Part shown: one piece after another, positions 28,682-41,052 of the stretch | How positions within the stretch are numbered: the first letter of the stretch is position 1 | How the letters are laid out: every line of letters begins with the position of its first letter | NCBI RefSeq assembly: GCF_000497125.1 | Contig: NC_090597.1 | Coordinates: 1,375,797 to 1,439,796 of the forward strand | Reading direction: 5' to 3' | DNA: 64,000 nt | Origin: Spironucleus salmonicida | Lineage: Eukaryota | Position numbers and translations under genes: made by a program | Notes under the pieces: generated by a model | The model's input: only the letters and a program-made list of their open reading frames with translations | What the model was told of the DNA's origin: nothing | The model's database searches: none

Positions 28682-29165
28682 TACTAGTTTTCGGTTTCCC
28701 AATGCAATATCGGATACGGCGTGCAACATTCTGTATGACACCAAATCAGCGCGTAACCAAACAAAGAAGCTGACGCAGGTACTCTAATAGTTGGATGCCT
28801 ATTGTGGGGAGCATGAGCTGCGTTGGTAGATTTTCCAGGGTGCGCGTTTCCGATCAGACTGCAACATGCGTTCTAGCTCCATCCTTGTCCGGGCATGTTC
28901 CCTCGGCAGGGGGCGCTAACAGGCTGCCGACGATATACACCCGCACCTCAGACTTGGAACGTCACCGGTTACAGCACCCACAAAGACATCGATATCCGCA
29001 ACTGTCTCGGCGGAAAGCACTGCCGCGACGGCTATGCATAATGCAGGGCAAAGGCCCACTAGGCGAACTTCTGTGCCACCAACTCAATCGTCTTCCAGAC
29101 CATGCCCCTGACTCAGCTGTCCGCCTCGCAGTTGGTCATAGCTAAGCCCGTGCCACGTAGCCCCT
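28682..29165. repeat. GC-rich dispersed repeat, copy 2 (484 bp, inverted relative to copy 1)
   Basis: Reverse complement of 16504-17044 with a few substitutions and a 57-bp internal deletion. Confidence 0.95.
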
Positions 29166-29665
29166 AATACATTGATACAATGTTCAAATAGGAATAGTTT
29201 AGACCGTACAAAGCCACTATGAGAAGCTAAAATAAAAATGAGAGCATCACTAATAAGAAAGTCTTTAACAAGTTTAACACAATACTCTGTATAATAATAA
29301 AATATCCATTCTAAAATCAGTAATATTAAATTAGAACTAGAAAATCTATTTCTAAAAATCAATAATAATACTATCAGTAATTTAATAAGTGAACTATTTA
29401 AATTTCTAAACAAAAACTTTTAATAAATTTAGTATGTTTAATGACTAATAGCATTAGTATCTTCTCAAATTTAAGTAAATTATTTTATTTAAATCTAATA
29501 TATAACAATCAAGTACAACTTATATTCCTTATAATTGGTTGGATAAGAAATTTATCGCTAGTAAAAAAACAATTTATAAGCAATATAAATAGCTAACAAT
29601 TGTTAATTTTTAAAAGAATGAGAATTCATAAAGAACTACAGATACCTATTATTCCTTATTATACA

Positions 29666-30145
29666 TCATTTAAATATACTTAGTATAATATTTGGATCCT
29701 TTGATATACAATCTTTGATCGGGTCCTCAAATTCATCATTTTCTATCGCATCAATATAAATATTTTCATATAATTACCTGATTTTATTATTATTCGTATG
29801 TTGTTCTGAAAATTGCAGTGTTTAATCTAAAATATAAACTAAAGGAAATTCATGCTCTTTTTGATCACCGGATATACCTGAATTACTATTTTACGCTTTA
29901 AGTAGAGAATCAACATCACAAATATCAGATGAACCTTGTTAGTAGTTAATATTTGTATTTAATATCGCAGACGACAATAAAAGTGTCATTTTTTAGTACT
30001 TTGTAGGATCATTTAACTAATCATATAAATCTGCTGTCTAAACATAATGCTATAATTCCATAGTAGCTACAAAATTAAGTAAGTCTGAGTTGTTCTCCGA
30101 TGCTGATTCCTGAAGTATTACATTTTAGTCATACCCACACCCCAT
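29666..30145 (-). CDS. 159-aa protein with MGCG N-terminus; paralog B
   Basis: MGCGYDQNV...ISGDQKEHEFPLVYILD...YENIYIDAIEND...DPNIILSIFK*; colinear with 17212-17685. Confidence 0.85.
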
Positions 30146-30354
30146 TTTATTGTATAATAACTTAATTTTATATATTCGTTTGTTATTATTTATAAAATTA
30201 TAGAATCAACAACGAACTAGTATTAGACTGTCTTTAGATAAATTAAGTTTATATATTTCCTCACTCCTATATACAATTTTATATTTATCATCTGAATTTA
30301 TGATGCATAATGTATTTACGAACTCTATATTTACAAAAATATACAGGATCCAAA

Positions 30355-30852
30355 ATGTCTAGTTATTTTACAACGCCATACTAATCCGGCTCAGAAGAAA
30401 AAGACACACCTGATTCACCATAAATATAAAAATAAATATTTTATTACCAAAAACCACTTATTTGGCCTTCTAGGAAGTAAGGTCGACGTGTGTCAGTACC
30501 ATGGTCGTTTGAAGAAGATGAATATTTAACTGAACTTGTGGAAAAAATTGGTGTCAAAAATTGGAGGAAAATATAGGAAGTTATATACGGTGTATTTAAA
30601 ACATATAGATCAACAGAATAAATCTCTCAACACTGGTATAGAGTTGTAAATCCTTAAATTATAAAAGGTAAATGGAGCTAAGATGAGGATTAAAAGCTGA
30701 TAAATGCAGTTAGACTTTGTAGTCCGAAATAATGGAAACATATAGCGAATTAATTAAGTGGAAGAAGTGATATATAAGTAAGATATCGATTAGAGCGCCT
30801 AAAAAAGTAACTGCTGAAGCATAATATTTTAGATTAAGAGTTTTTGCCTTGA
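30355..30852 (+). CDS. Two-repeat Myb-domain transcription factor, 165 aa
   Basis: WSFEEDEYLTELVEKIGVKNWRKI...QHWYRVVNPQIIKGKWSQDEDQKLINAV...WKHIANQLSGRSDIQVRYR. An in-frame ATG at 30310 is an alternative start. Confidence 0.92.
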
Positions 30853-30932
30853 GTGAAAGTCATATTTTTAATAATTTAAGATTCATAATATCCTCATAAT
30901 ATAATATTTTCCTTTCATTTTTCATTTCATTC

Positions 30933-32267
30933 ATGACACAAATTATTACAGGTGATTAAGCCGGTTTTATACGTATTTTACACCCATTTTCATTGTAAAA
31001 ATTTGCATCTAGATTGCATTCTGTAACCAAAAATGCAAATACTGTTACTTGTGTTAAAAATATTGATAATTATCATATTTTTGGATATGAGAACGGAAAT
31101 GTGGGTATTTATACCTTAAATAATCTAGATTTTAGTTAATAGATACTATTTGAAACAAAACAGTACTAATTACCAAATGAAATTCCAATTCATCATTCAT
31201 ATTTCGATAAATTGAACTCTAAGACTCAATTTTCAATTATTAACGTGAATATTATTAATAATTTATTGTATGTAGCTACCATATTATCAGAAGTTTTAAT
31301 TTTTGACTATAAAACGAATATTTTTATTAAAAAGTTCTAAATCTCATCAGAATATAGAAAATTTATTACAATTAATTTTATGCACAATTTTATTATCCAT
31401 GCAGGTTATAACACTATTCCTTCAATTCATAACCTTGATGGTACCAAAATTTGTGAGTTATAAAAGCCTGAAATAGAGTATTTAACTGGTTTAGAAAAAA
31501 AATTTGAGCTAACCTAGATATAAACCTATGAATAATTTATTATTTGTGCAGATGCTAGAGGTTATTTATATAGATATAATATATAAGACTTGCTTACCAA
31601 TAATTTTGTTAATTAAAAATCACATACTATACCTTCTATAGAAAAATCAATATAACTTTTATCATTTTATCGATTTGAAGATTTTAAAATCACATCTCTT
31701 TCTATTGGAACTAACCTTAAATAATTGAATTAATAGTAAAAACAGCAAAGACAAGCGTTAATTTCTCGCAAAACTTGTGCCTAAAATGATAATTTTGGAC
31801 CAAAAAGAGGAACAAATCCAGTTAAAAAAGTATTCAAGCAAACTATTTTTGATGATTGCATACTTGATGTATAGCTGGTTATTGGTACCGGAAATGGAGC
31901 AATCGCAATACTAGATGCTATTACAGGTTTGATAATTAGTAGAAATGGGAGGTTGAGTTAAAGTGCTATTACGTTTGTTTAAGTCATTTAAGATGGAATT
32001 ATTGTTTGTGGAAGAGATAAATTTATTAGAATTTTAAGCAACGATTTAGAAGTGAAAAGCGCTACCTATGTAGTAAATGACGTAGTCGGAGCATATTAGT
32101 TTGGTGAAGGCGAGTAGGCATCTGATAATGAGATTGAAGAGGAAGAATTTGGCGTAGAAGAGGAAACTAACACAGAAATATAGTTAGAAACTATAAAAGA
32201 GGTACAGCGGGTGTAATAAGATGAGGGCGAATTAAATGTAGATTTAGGATTTTTTGATGATTTGTGA
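30933..32267 (+). CDS. WD40-repeat protein with acidic tail, possibly Nsa1/WDR74-like, 444 aa
   Basis: IITGDQAGFIRI at the N-terminus, LVIGTGNGAIAILD, IVCGRDKFIRIL, Glu-rich C-terminus. Orthology is inferred only. Confidence 0.7.
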
Positions 32268-32757
32268 ACGTATACTTTATTTTATTTTTATTGATAATAT
32301 CTAATATAATATTATTAACTACTTGATTTTAATAAACATTAATTAATTCACATCATTATATAATTTACTATATATTCCTAATTACCATATACTATTTTTG
32401 ATTGATATACAGTTTCACTTTTTTAATATTTATTTATTTATTTATTTAATAAATATATATTATATTTGTATTGCTATAAAAACTGTAGTGATTGTTGTTC
32501 ATAGTTAAATAGGAAATTATGATTATTAACTAGTACTATATGGTAATTGTAAATTAAAATGGGCCTAGACGGTTAAAATAAATTAAACTTCGAATCAATG
32601 TCATTCTCGCATTATATACGTCCGGTACGTACTATTGACAAATAGTTATGTATTAAAACTGAAAATTTGCTTGAATTACAAGATATTAGATAACGTACAT
32701 GTTCAAAAATATTAGAATGATACTCCTAAGCGAAGTGATATAAATTATTGATTAAAT

Positions 32758-35103
32758 TCATTTATTTTTAATTTAAAGAAGTCCTTAATACCACTTCTCG
32801 ATAGCTTATCCGGTAAACTTAGCCTCGATACCATTTACATTTAAAATTAAGTAATTATCTTTTAAACTAATTTTTCTAATGAGAGTAAATCTTATTTGCT
32901 ATGGCTATTTATTTTAAATAAGAACAGCTATTCTTGATAAGTCTGGTAATACTTGGAGTTAAACTTTTGTTTAATAATTGTGTTAAATTCGAATAAAATT
33001 TTATGGTTGAAATAGAAAACTAATGTCAGTTTTGTATGTTTAAAGTTTAGGTATCCGACTAGATTTTTATGTTTTATTCATTGGTTAAATAGTTTTTTAT
33101 ATTTATGTGATATTTGACAATGTCAAATCTTATTTAAGATGATTGCATACTAAATCTATATCATCTTTCACTGATTCGATAGTATTATCTGACTAGTGAA
33201 TGTTGATAGTTTTTAATTATGCTATTTAATTTAACAGTTAATAGTCTAATTCGTTATTCTAGTAAAAATACATATTATTTTTTAATTAATTGAAGTTGCT
33301 GACATACAATTAGATAATAGGCCTAATTTTATCATATGAGTCATATAAGCATTGTTAACTTCCTTGTTATACACTTTATAATAGCAAATTAAGCTTATCT
33401 ATAATAATATTGTTGTTATATTTTTTATAATTATCCAATGCAAGGCGATGATTTTCTAAAAAGGAATTTAAATTTGTTTACTTATTATTAATGTACAACC
33501 ATATTTCTTTTTAAATACGAAGTAATCTGTATTTTTGGCTTTAAATATCTTCATATCTCATTTGATTAATTTCAATAGTTAATAAATTATAATTAACAAT
33601 TTAGTTATTTAATAATTTAGATACTTTATTGATATTAACAGGTTATTATTTCTAACAATATTAATCTACTGCCGTTTCAGTCTCTGTGACTTGATTATTA
33701 TTATTATTATTATTATTATTACACGTAGCACTTTTTAAGATAAAATTTTGTAATTTCAGTTCTATTTTTACTAAATCATTCAATAAGATTAAGTTTTTTT
33801 TAATGGTTAAATTCACTTTTCGATTATCAAATAAAAACTGAGTCTATAACTCATTACCTTATTGAAACTATTGCAAAATAAAAGATTCATACGCCAACTT
33901 ATCAAAAATTAATGTTTATGCTTCAGTAATTGGTAAATCATTATTATATCCTTAGTATTTATGTAAGTATTATAGTTCATGCTCAATCTATAGAAAATTC
34001 ACTAATCTATCCATAAGATTTTCAGGATTTTACGTATATTTTTGAATCAACATCATATTAATTGATTTTCCTTATTCCTAAATTGTCTGAGTAATAAGTT
34101 AATAAACGGTATCAATATGGACTGTAAGTTCGCTAAAACTATTATCAAAATGTTCAAAATTGATGCCTAATTCCTATATTATAGTCAATTAATTATCTAT
34201 TTAATAAATTTACAAATAAGTTTTCAATATAGATTCTTGATTGTTTGATTAATCAAGTAATAATTACCGCTGATTTATAAGTTAGTTTTGCAAAATAATC
34301 TATGGTACCTTATTTTATTTCCAATTTTAATAAAGTTATTATTAGTCTTGATAAGATATCAATGTTTATGTAAACTCAAAAAGTAAACTGTTAAAATCTT
34401 AAATTCCCGTTATTTTTATATCTTTACACAAAATCAGTAACATTTATTTAAATTGAGAAAATTGGACAAGTTATTCTAATAGGATTTTTTACCTCTCAGA
34501 TAGAAATTATACAAAAGTTGTATTTAACCTTAATAAATTGCATGATTTCTGTTAGTCAATAAGAAATTATAAAAATGTCTCCATTTATTCATTATTATTT
34601 TCTTAAAATTAATCTAAAATATTATGTCCATCACAAATAAAATCTAAAACATCATTAATTTGTAAATTTTTCGATAAAATACTGCTAAATGTCACACCAA
34701 CAATTTATTAATGTAATTTCTATATTTATTACTATAACTATTGATATTATAATCCATTCATACTATTGTATTTATTTCGAATTTAGCTTAGCTAGTTTTC
34801 AAAAATAATTTTATTTTTATTATAATTATCATCTTTTTGTTCTAGAATAGGTGTAATTACTGGCAATCTTTCGTAATTCTATGCTAAATTACTAATTTAA
34901 AATATGCTTATTTATAATTATTCTAAATAAGAATCAATTTAATTTATCATTGATTATACTTATTCATTACTTAAATTTAGTTGATTTTGATACAAAAACG
35001 TATCAAAAGTATTTATAATTGTGTCCTATTCTTAACAGTATTTACTGATTTGGCTTTAAATACGTTCATTAGTTACTTAATTTAATTTAATTATACTCTC
35101 CAT
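32758..35103 (-). CDS. Hypothetical 781-aa helical protein with a possible C-terminal PH-like domain
   Basis: Read codon by codon from ATG 35103 to TGA 32760-32758; ends ...KFTGQAIEKWYQGLLQIKNK*, a PH-type terminal helix. Confidence 0.8.
33694..33720. repeat. (ATT)9 microsatellite encoding poly-Asn
   Basis: 27-bp perfect repeat read as AAT x9 in the minus-strand CDS. Confidence 0.9.
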
Positions 35104-35165
35104 AAAATAATAATTTATAAATTATATAATATCTTAATATCAAATATTTTTGTTTCGCTCTATAT

Positions 35166-35513
35166 ATGTTTGAGCGATTGACAACTTCATAGTTAGGCGA
35201 ATAAGACTCTCTGTCATTACTTTCATCACTAAGGTCATCAACATTAAATGATTAATAAGCTTAAAAATTAAATGAGTTAGAAAAGCATATTAAACACCTT
35301 GAGAATAGAATATTACTTGATAATAAGGACAGCCAACTTATGAAAGAGGACATTATTTATTTACTAGCAGATCGAAAGAAGTTAGTGGTACAAAACGAAA
35401 AATTAAGCAAGAAACTCTAAAAATAAAACCTTTTAAATTCCTTTTAGCTAACAGAAGAAGAAAAGCTAGAGTCAAACAGAATTAAAGCCTTTTATTCATC
35501 GGGTTTGTAGTGA
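35166..35513 (+). CDS. Small coiled-coil protein, 115 aa
   Basis: MFERLTTS...KLNELEKHIKHLENRI...; stop in tAGTGA. Confidence 0.75.
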
Positions 35514-35685
35514 TTTAAGCACTCATCACTTCATTTTTTACTTGTCCATTAAATCACTTATTATCTTTCAATGATATTTAGCAAACATGAACATCATTCA
35601 ATTTATGATTATTATTACTTTCCTTAGATAATTTTCCAATATATTAAGTATTATTTCAATATAAATTATCAACCATTCCACCTTC

Positions 35686-36351
35686 ATGAATCACGTTGCC
35701 CATATCATCAACTGCTTTTAATCTTATGGCTTAGGCGATCCAAAGCTACTAGTTTTACGTGCTCATTATATCAGAAACCAAATACTCATTTTTACAGCTT
35801 AGTAAAATTTGGAAATTCCACACCAGCTCACAAACTTCTTAACAATCATCTACGCCTACAGGTCCATATAGAGACAAATTTACTCACACAAAGCCTTCTG
35901 TGCATTCATTAATTCTTACGAAGTTGATTTCCCCGAAAATGAAATTATGGCGCATGCCACGGAATGTGGCTATTTCTCCACTTCATCATTTTCATAATCC
36001 GCGCGTTTCTGCCAGTCTTCTTACGATTTTGATGCGATTTTGAGCAGTTTCTTCAAAGGAAAATTCGGCTTTGATATATCCTTAGATTTTGCGGCCGAAA
36101 TAGCACGTAAAATATCACCTGAAACTGCAGGAAAGGTCGTTTTAGACGACTTCGAAAAAGTTGTTTGTGAGTCGCAAATCGTGAACAAATACGGAGTGGA
36201 AATTGTGGTTCTAATACTTTTATATTTTCGGAATTAGAAAATTGGGGATGTTATTTAGGAGACCCGGCTGGGCTACAGCGACATTAAGGAGATGACGAAA
36301 AGGCTTAATTTGTGTCTGAAAGAGGTATCGGAGTTTTTTAAATAAGAATGA
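35686..36351 (+). CDS. 221-aa protein, candidate double cyclin-fold (TFIIB-core-like)
   Basis: Open frame that includes track ORF 36040; C-rich leader. The resemblance to TFIIB repeats is by eye (see findings). Confidence 0.6.
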
Positions 36352-36411
36352 GATTTGTAATTATTATATAGTAATATTATGTTTAAGTGTTATCCGCTCC
36401 AATTTTGCCAT

Positions 36412-36879
36412 ATGGACTCTAGCCCCGATTAGGAGTTAAAATCGAATATACGTCTAGGTGGCGACCGAGTGTAATCTGCTAAAAGATCAAGAGCTTCAGA
36501 ACCGATGTAAGAGGATGACTTACCTTAAGTTATTTAAAAAATTCGATTAGTCAATGAAGAAGCAAATGGATGTGTGTCATAAATGAGAGATTTTAATACC
36601 AAAATATCAGAGACAATATCAGGACTCGCTAAAAAATAGATTCTAGTGTCAGGGGAATAAAGTATAGAGCCAAGAATTTGTGAAATGTATAAATAGTTAA
36701 TGAAGGTACAACTTTAGATTTAGCAACCTGAACAGAATTAATTGAGTTTAGTTAAAATGGATGAACGACTTTCAAAGATTGAGTAAATGGATGTGAAAAC
36801 AACTATGAAAATTAGAGATGAGATTCAAAGAATAAAAGAAATGCTTATGAATGTTCTAAAAATTAAAGGATAAAAGTGA
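36412..36879 (+). CDS. Coiled-coil hypothetical protein, 155 aa
   Basis: MDSSPDQELK...IRDEIQRIKEMLMNVLKIKGQK*; stop in aAGTGA. Confidence 0.75.
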
Positions 36880-37030
36880 ACTTTTGATGTATGGTTACCT
36901 TTATCCCATGTACAGTTCTGTTCGACTTTCTAGTAAAATTCCCGCAATATTAATTTTTAATAAAATTTTAAAACTATACTTATATACCATTTATTGTACT
37001 AATTTTGTTAAAAATTTCCCTTTCCTCTAA

Positions 37031-38671
37031 ATGTCAGTTGTGAAAAATGAAATCTTTTTGCCTGGAGAATGGACTACTGGTAAGGAAGTCCGTGACTAAA
37101 ATGTTAATGCTGCTATAGCTTTAGCAGGTATTGTCAAAACCACATTAGGACCAAACGGTTTAGATAAAATGATGGTAGATGATATTGGTGAGATTACTGT
37201 AACAAACGACGGTGCCACTATTCTTTCTAAGCTAGATGTTGCCCATCCTGCTGCTAAAGTATTGGTTGAACTCTCTAACCTATAGGATAAGGAGGTTGGC
37301 GATGGTACCACATCAGTTGTTATTTGCGCTGCTGAATTTTTGAAGTAAGCCAATGAGATAATTGGTAAAAATATGCATTCTACTACTGTTATGGCTGGAT
37401 TTTAGTTAGCACTTTCACGTTCTATCAACTATATTTAAAAACGTCTTTAAGTACCAGTCTCTTAACTTTCTGATGAAGACCTTTATTCTGTCGCAAAAAC
37501 TTCAATGTCCTCTAAAATTATTGGTCTGTCTTCTGATCACTTTGCTAAACTTTGTGTTGATGCTATTAAAAATGTTAAAACTGAATTAAATGGTGAAATA
37601 AAATATCCAGTTAAATCTGTTGGTCTTCTCAAAGCCATTGGCGGTTCTACTAAAGATACATCACTGGTGAATGGTTTTGCAGTTAATGTTACTCGTGCTT
37701 CTATGCAAATGCCAACTTAAATCTAAAACGCTAAAATTGCCCTCTTAGATTTTAATCTATAATAATAAAGACTTGCTGTTGGTACGCAAATTTTGATCAC
37801 TGATGCCTCTAAATTAGAGGGTGTCAGAGATTTAGAGCATGAAGTATCTAGAAAACATATAGAAATGATTATTAATGCTGGTGCAAATGTTATTTTAACA
37901 ACTGGAGCCATTGACGATATGGCCAGTAAGTATTTAGTCGAAGCAAATGTTATGGGTTGTAGGAGAGTAACTCTTGAAGATATGAAAAAGATTGCGAAAG
38001 TAACTAATGGGACTATCGTATCGGCTTTAGCTGATTTAGAAGGTAATGAATCATTTTCGGCGGATCTTTTAGGTTTTGCTGGGGAAGTTTCTGAATAAAG
38101 ATTAGCTGATGATAACATAATTTTCATTAAAAATACTAAAGGTAGAAATTGTGGTAGTATTCTACTTAGAGGTCCCAATACTCAAATAATTGATGAAATA
38201 GAACGTTCTATACATGATGCTTTGTGTGCTGTTTCAAGAACTTTAGAAAGTGGAAATGTTGTTCCAGGGGGTGGTTGTGTTGAAACTGCACTTAGCGTTT
38301 ATTTAGAAGAATATGCTAAAACTATTGAAGGTAAAGAGTAGGTCGCTGTCTCTACTTTTGCTAAATGTTTGATGATTATACCTAGATAATTGAGTATTAA
38401 TAGTGCCTTAGATGCGGTTGAGTTAGTAAGTTAATTGAAAGCTAATCATGCAATAAGCTAAAGAAAAGAGACTGAATAAAGTATTAAAGATGAAATGAGA
38501 CATCATGGATTAGATCTTAAGAGAGGTATTGTTGGGAATAACCTGAAAGCTGGCGTTCTTGAGCCTGTTATTAGCAAAATTAAAAGTCTGAGCTTTGCTG
38601 TGGAAGCAGCAGTAACTATTTTAAGAATTGATGATAATATCATCTTAAATGCAGAATAAAAGCAACAGTGA
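37031..38671 (+). CDS. CCT1: Chaperonin CCT subunit alpha (TCP-1 alpha), 546 aa
   Basis: [76 protein letters not shown]. Confidence 0.93.
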
Positions 38672-38807
38672 TCCGTTATCTAAATTATATGTAAGTAACA
38701 AGATTATTTATGTTTAAAATTTTTATCAAACGTATAGAAGACAATAAGCTATTATACTTTTACTAGATATAGATACTGTTTCTAAGTACGAAATAACAAA
38801 AATACGC

Positions 38808-40796
38808 TCAGTCAAGGTCATCAACAGATGGGCCAGCGGCGCCAGGCGCAGCACCAGCGGGGGCAGCACCTCCGGGGAATCCACCAGGGAAGCCACCGGG
38901 CATACCACCAGGCATTCCGCCGGGCATACCACCAGCCTGACCGTAAAGCTTGGACATGATAGGGTGGACGATTGCTTCGAAGTCCTTCTTCTTTTCGTCG
39001 TACTCTTCCTTCGAGGCGAGCTTGTTGGATTCCATCCAGGCCAAAATCTCGTTCAGCTTGTCAGTGATCAGCTTCTTCTCCTCATCGGATATGGGGAGCT
39101 TCTGCTCGCCAGTTCCATCGAGCTGGGAGCGGGTGCTGAAGAGCAGGCTCTCAAGCTCGTTTCTGGACTGCTGTCCAGCACGGATCTTCTCGTCTTCGCC
39201 CTTGAACTGCTCGGCTTCACGGACCATGCGTTCAATTTCGTCGTCAGAGAGACGGTTGGACTTCTGGTTAATGGTAAGACACTTGGTATTACCAGTGCCG
39301 GATAGATCCTTGGCAGTAACGGTAAGGATGCCGTCGACTGAGAGATCGTAGGTAACCTCAATCTTGGGCTGGCCGCGAGGGGCTGCTGGGATATCGGTAA
39401 GGTCAAAAGTGCCGAGGAGATTGTTGTCCTTGGTCATGGGGCGCTCGCCTTCGAAAACGCGAATAGTAACGGTGGTCTAGTTATCAGCGTAAGTGGTGAA
39501 CGTCTCCTTCTTGTTGGCAGGGATGGTGGTGTTACGGGGGATGAGGACGGTCATGTTGGAGCCGGAGGTTTCGATACCGAGGGAAAGGGGGCAAACGTCG
39601 AGGAGGAGGATGTTACCAGTACCCTGGGCCTGGGTCTTGTCGGAAGATAACACAGCTGCCTGGACGGCGGCACCGTACGCGACGGCTTCGTCTGGGTTGA
39701 GGGTCTTCAGAGGATCCTTACCATTGAAGTAGTCCTTGATAAGCTGCTGCACCTTGGGGATTCTGGTAGAACCACCAACGAGAACGACCTGGTCGATTTC
39801 GGATTTGGACATTTTAGCATCACGGAGGACACGGTCAACGGGCTCGATAGTCTTGCGGAGAAGGTCGTTTACGAGATCTTCAAACTTAGCGCGGGTGATC
39901 TGAGAGAAGAAGTCGATGCCCTCGAAAAGAGACTCGATTTCAACAGATGCGGTCTGGGAGGAAGATAGGGTACGCTTAGCGCGCTCGACTGAAGTTCTTA
40001 AACGGCGGAGGGAACGATTGTTGTTGGAAATGTCCTTGTTGTGTTTCTTCTTGAACTCGGTGACGAAATAGTTAACGAGTCTGTTGTCGATATCCTCACC
40101 ACCAAGATGAGAGTTACCAGCAGTGGCACGGACTTCGAAAACATCGTTGTCTAAATTGAGGATAGAAGAGTCGAAGGTACCACCGCCGAAATCGAAGACG
40201 AGAATGTTCTCCTCGCCCTTGGCGGTGTCCTTGTGCTTCTGGAGGAAACCATACGCGATACAGGCAGCGGTAGGCTCATTGATGATTCTGAGGCAGTTGA
40301 GCCCGCAGATCTGAGCGGCATTCTGGGTAGCTTTACGCTGGGCATCAGTGAAATAAGCTGGAACGGTGATAACAGCGTCCTGTACTTCCTTGCCTAAGAA
40401 ATCGTTGGCAGTCTACTTCATCTTGAGGAGGATCATGGATGAGATTTCCTCTGGAGTGAAACGTTTAGTTTCGCCCTTGTAAACTACTTCGATCATTGGT
40501 TTGTCATCGACGCCGACGACGGTGAAGGGGAAGTGCTTCATATCGTCTTAAACGTCAGCCTCGGAAAATCTTCTACCGATGAGACGCTTAGCATCGAAAA
40601 CGGTGTTTTCGGCATTCATGGAAGCCTGGTTCTTGGCAGCCTCACCGATGAGACGCTCGTTCTCGGTAAAGGCAACGTAAGAGGGTGTGGTGTAGGAACC
40701 GACGTCATTGGCGATAATCTCGACACGTTCATTCTGGAAGACACCAACACAAGAGTAGGTAGTACCTAAATCTATACCAATTGCTGGGGCAGACAT
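38808..40796 (-). CDS. HSP70: Cytosolic Hsp70, copy 1 (662 aa)
   Basis: [35 protein letters not shown] repeats, terminal GPSVDDLD; in-frame TAA/TAG at Gln positions. Confidence 0.98.
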
Positions 40797-41052
40797 TTAT
40801 AAGGAAGTGGGATAAATTTTCCCATGGCTGAATAAATTCTCCTAAATTAGTTAATAAAAAGATATAACCTTAATATACTGCACTTTTTCAAAGTTGACAG
40901 CAAATCCTTATGGTCTGCCAAGAACATATATTACCGCCGCCTGCCATAGTCGTACCCCTGGGGATTTCGTGGAAGCCTATGGCTAACTGGAACAAGTGGA
41001 CCGCATAGAGAAAGCTCGTGTTCGCCATAGCCATGAAATAACAAAAATACGC

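Noticed and set aside
40820-41034. 5S rRNA, snRNA or C/D snoRNA in the Hsp70 spacer
   Set aside because: Diagnostic motifs are not visible by eye; needs an Rfam scan.
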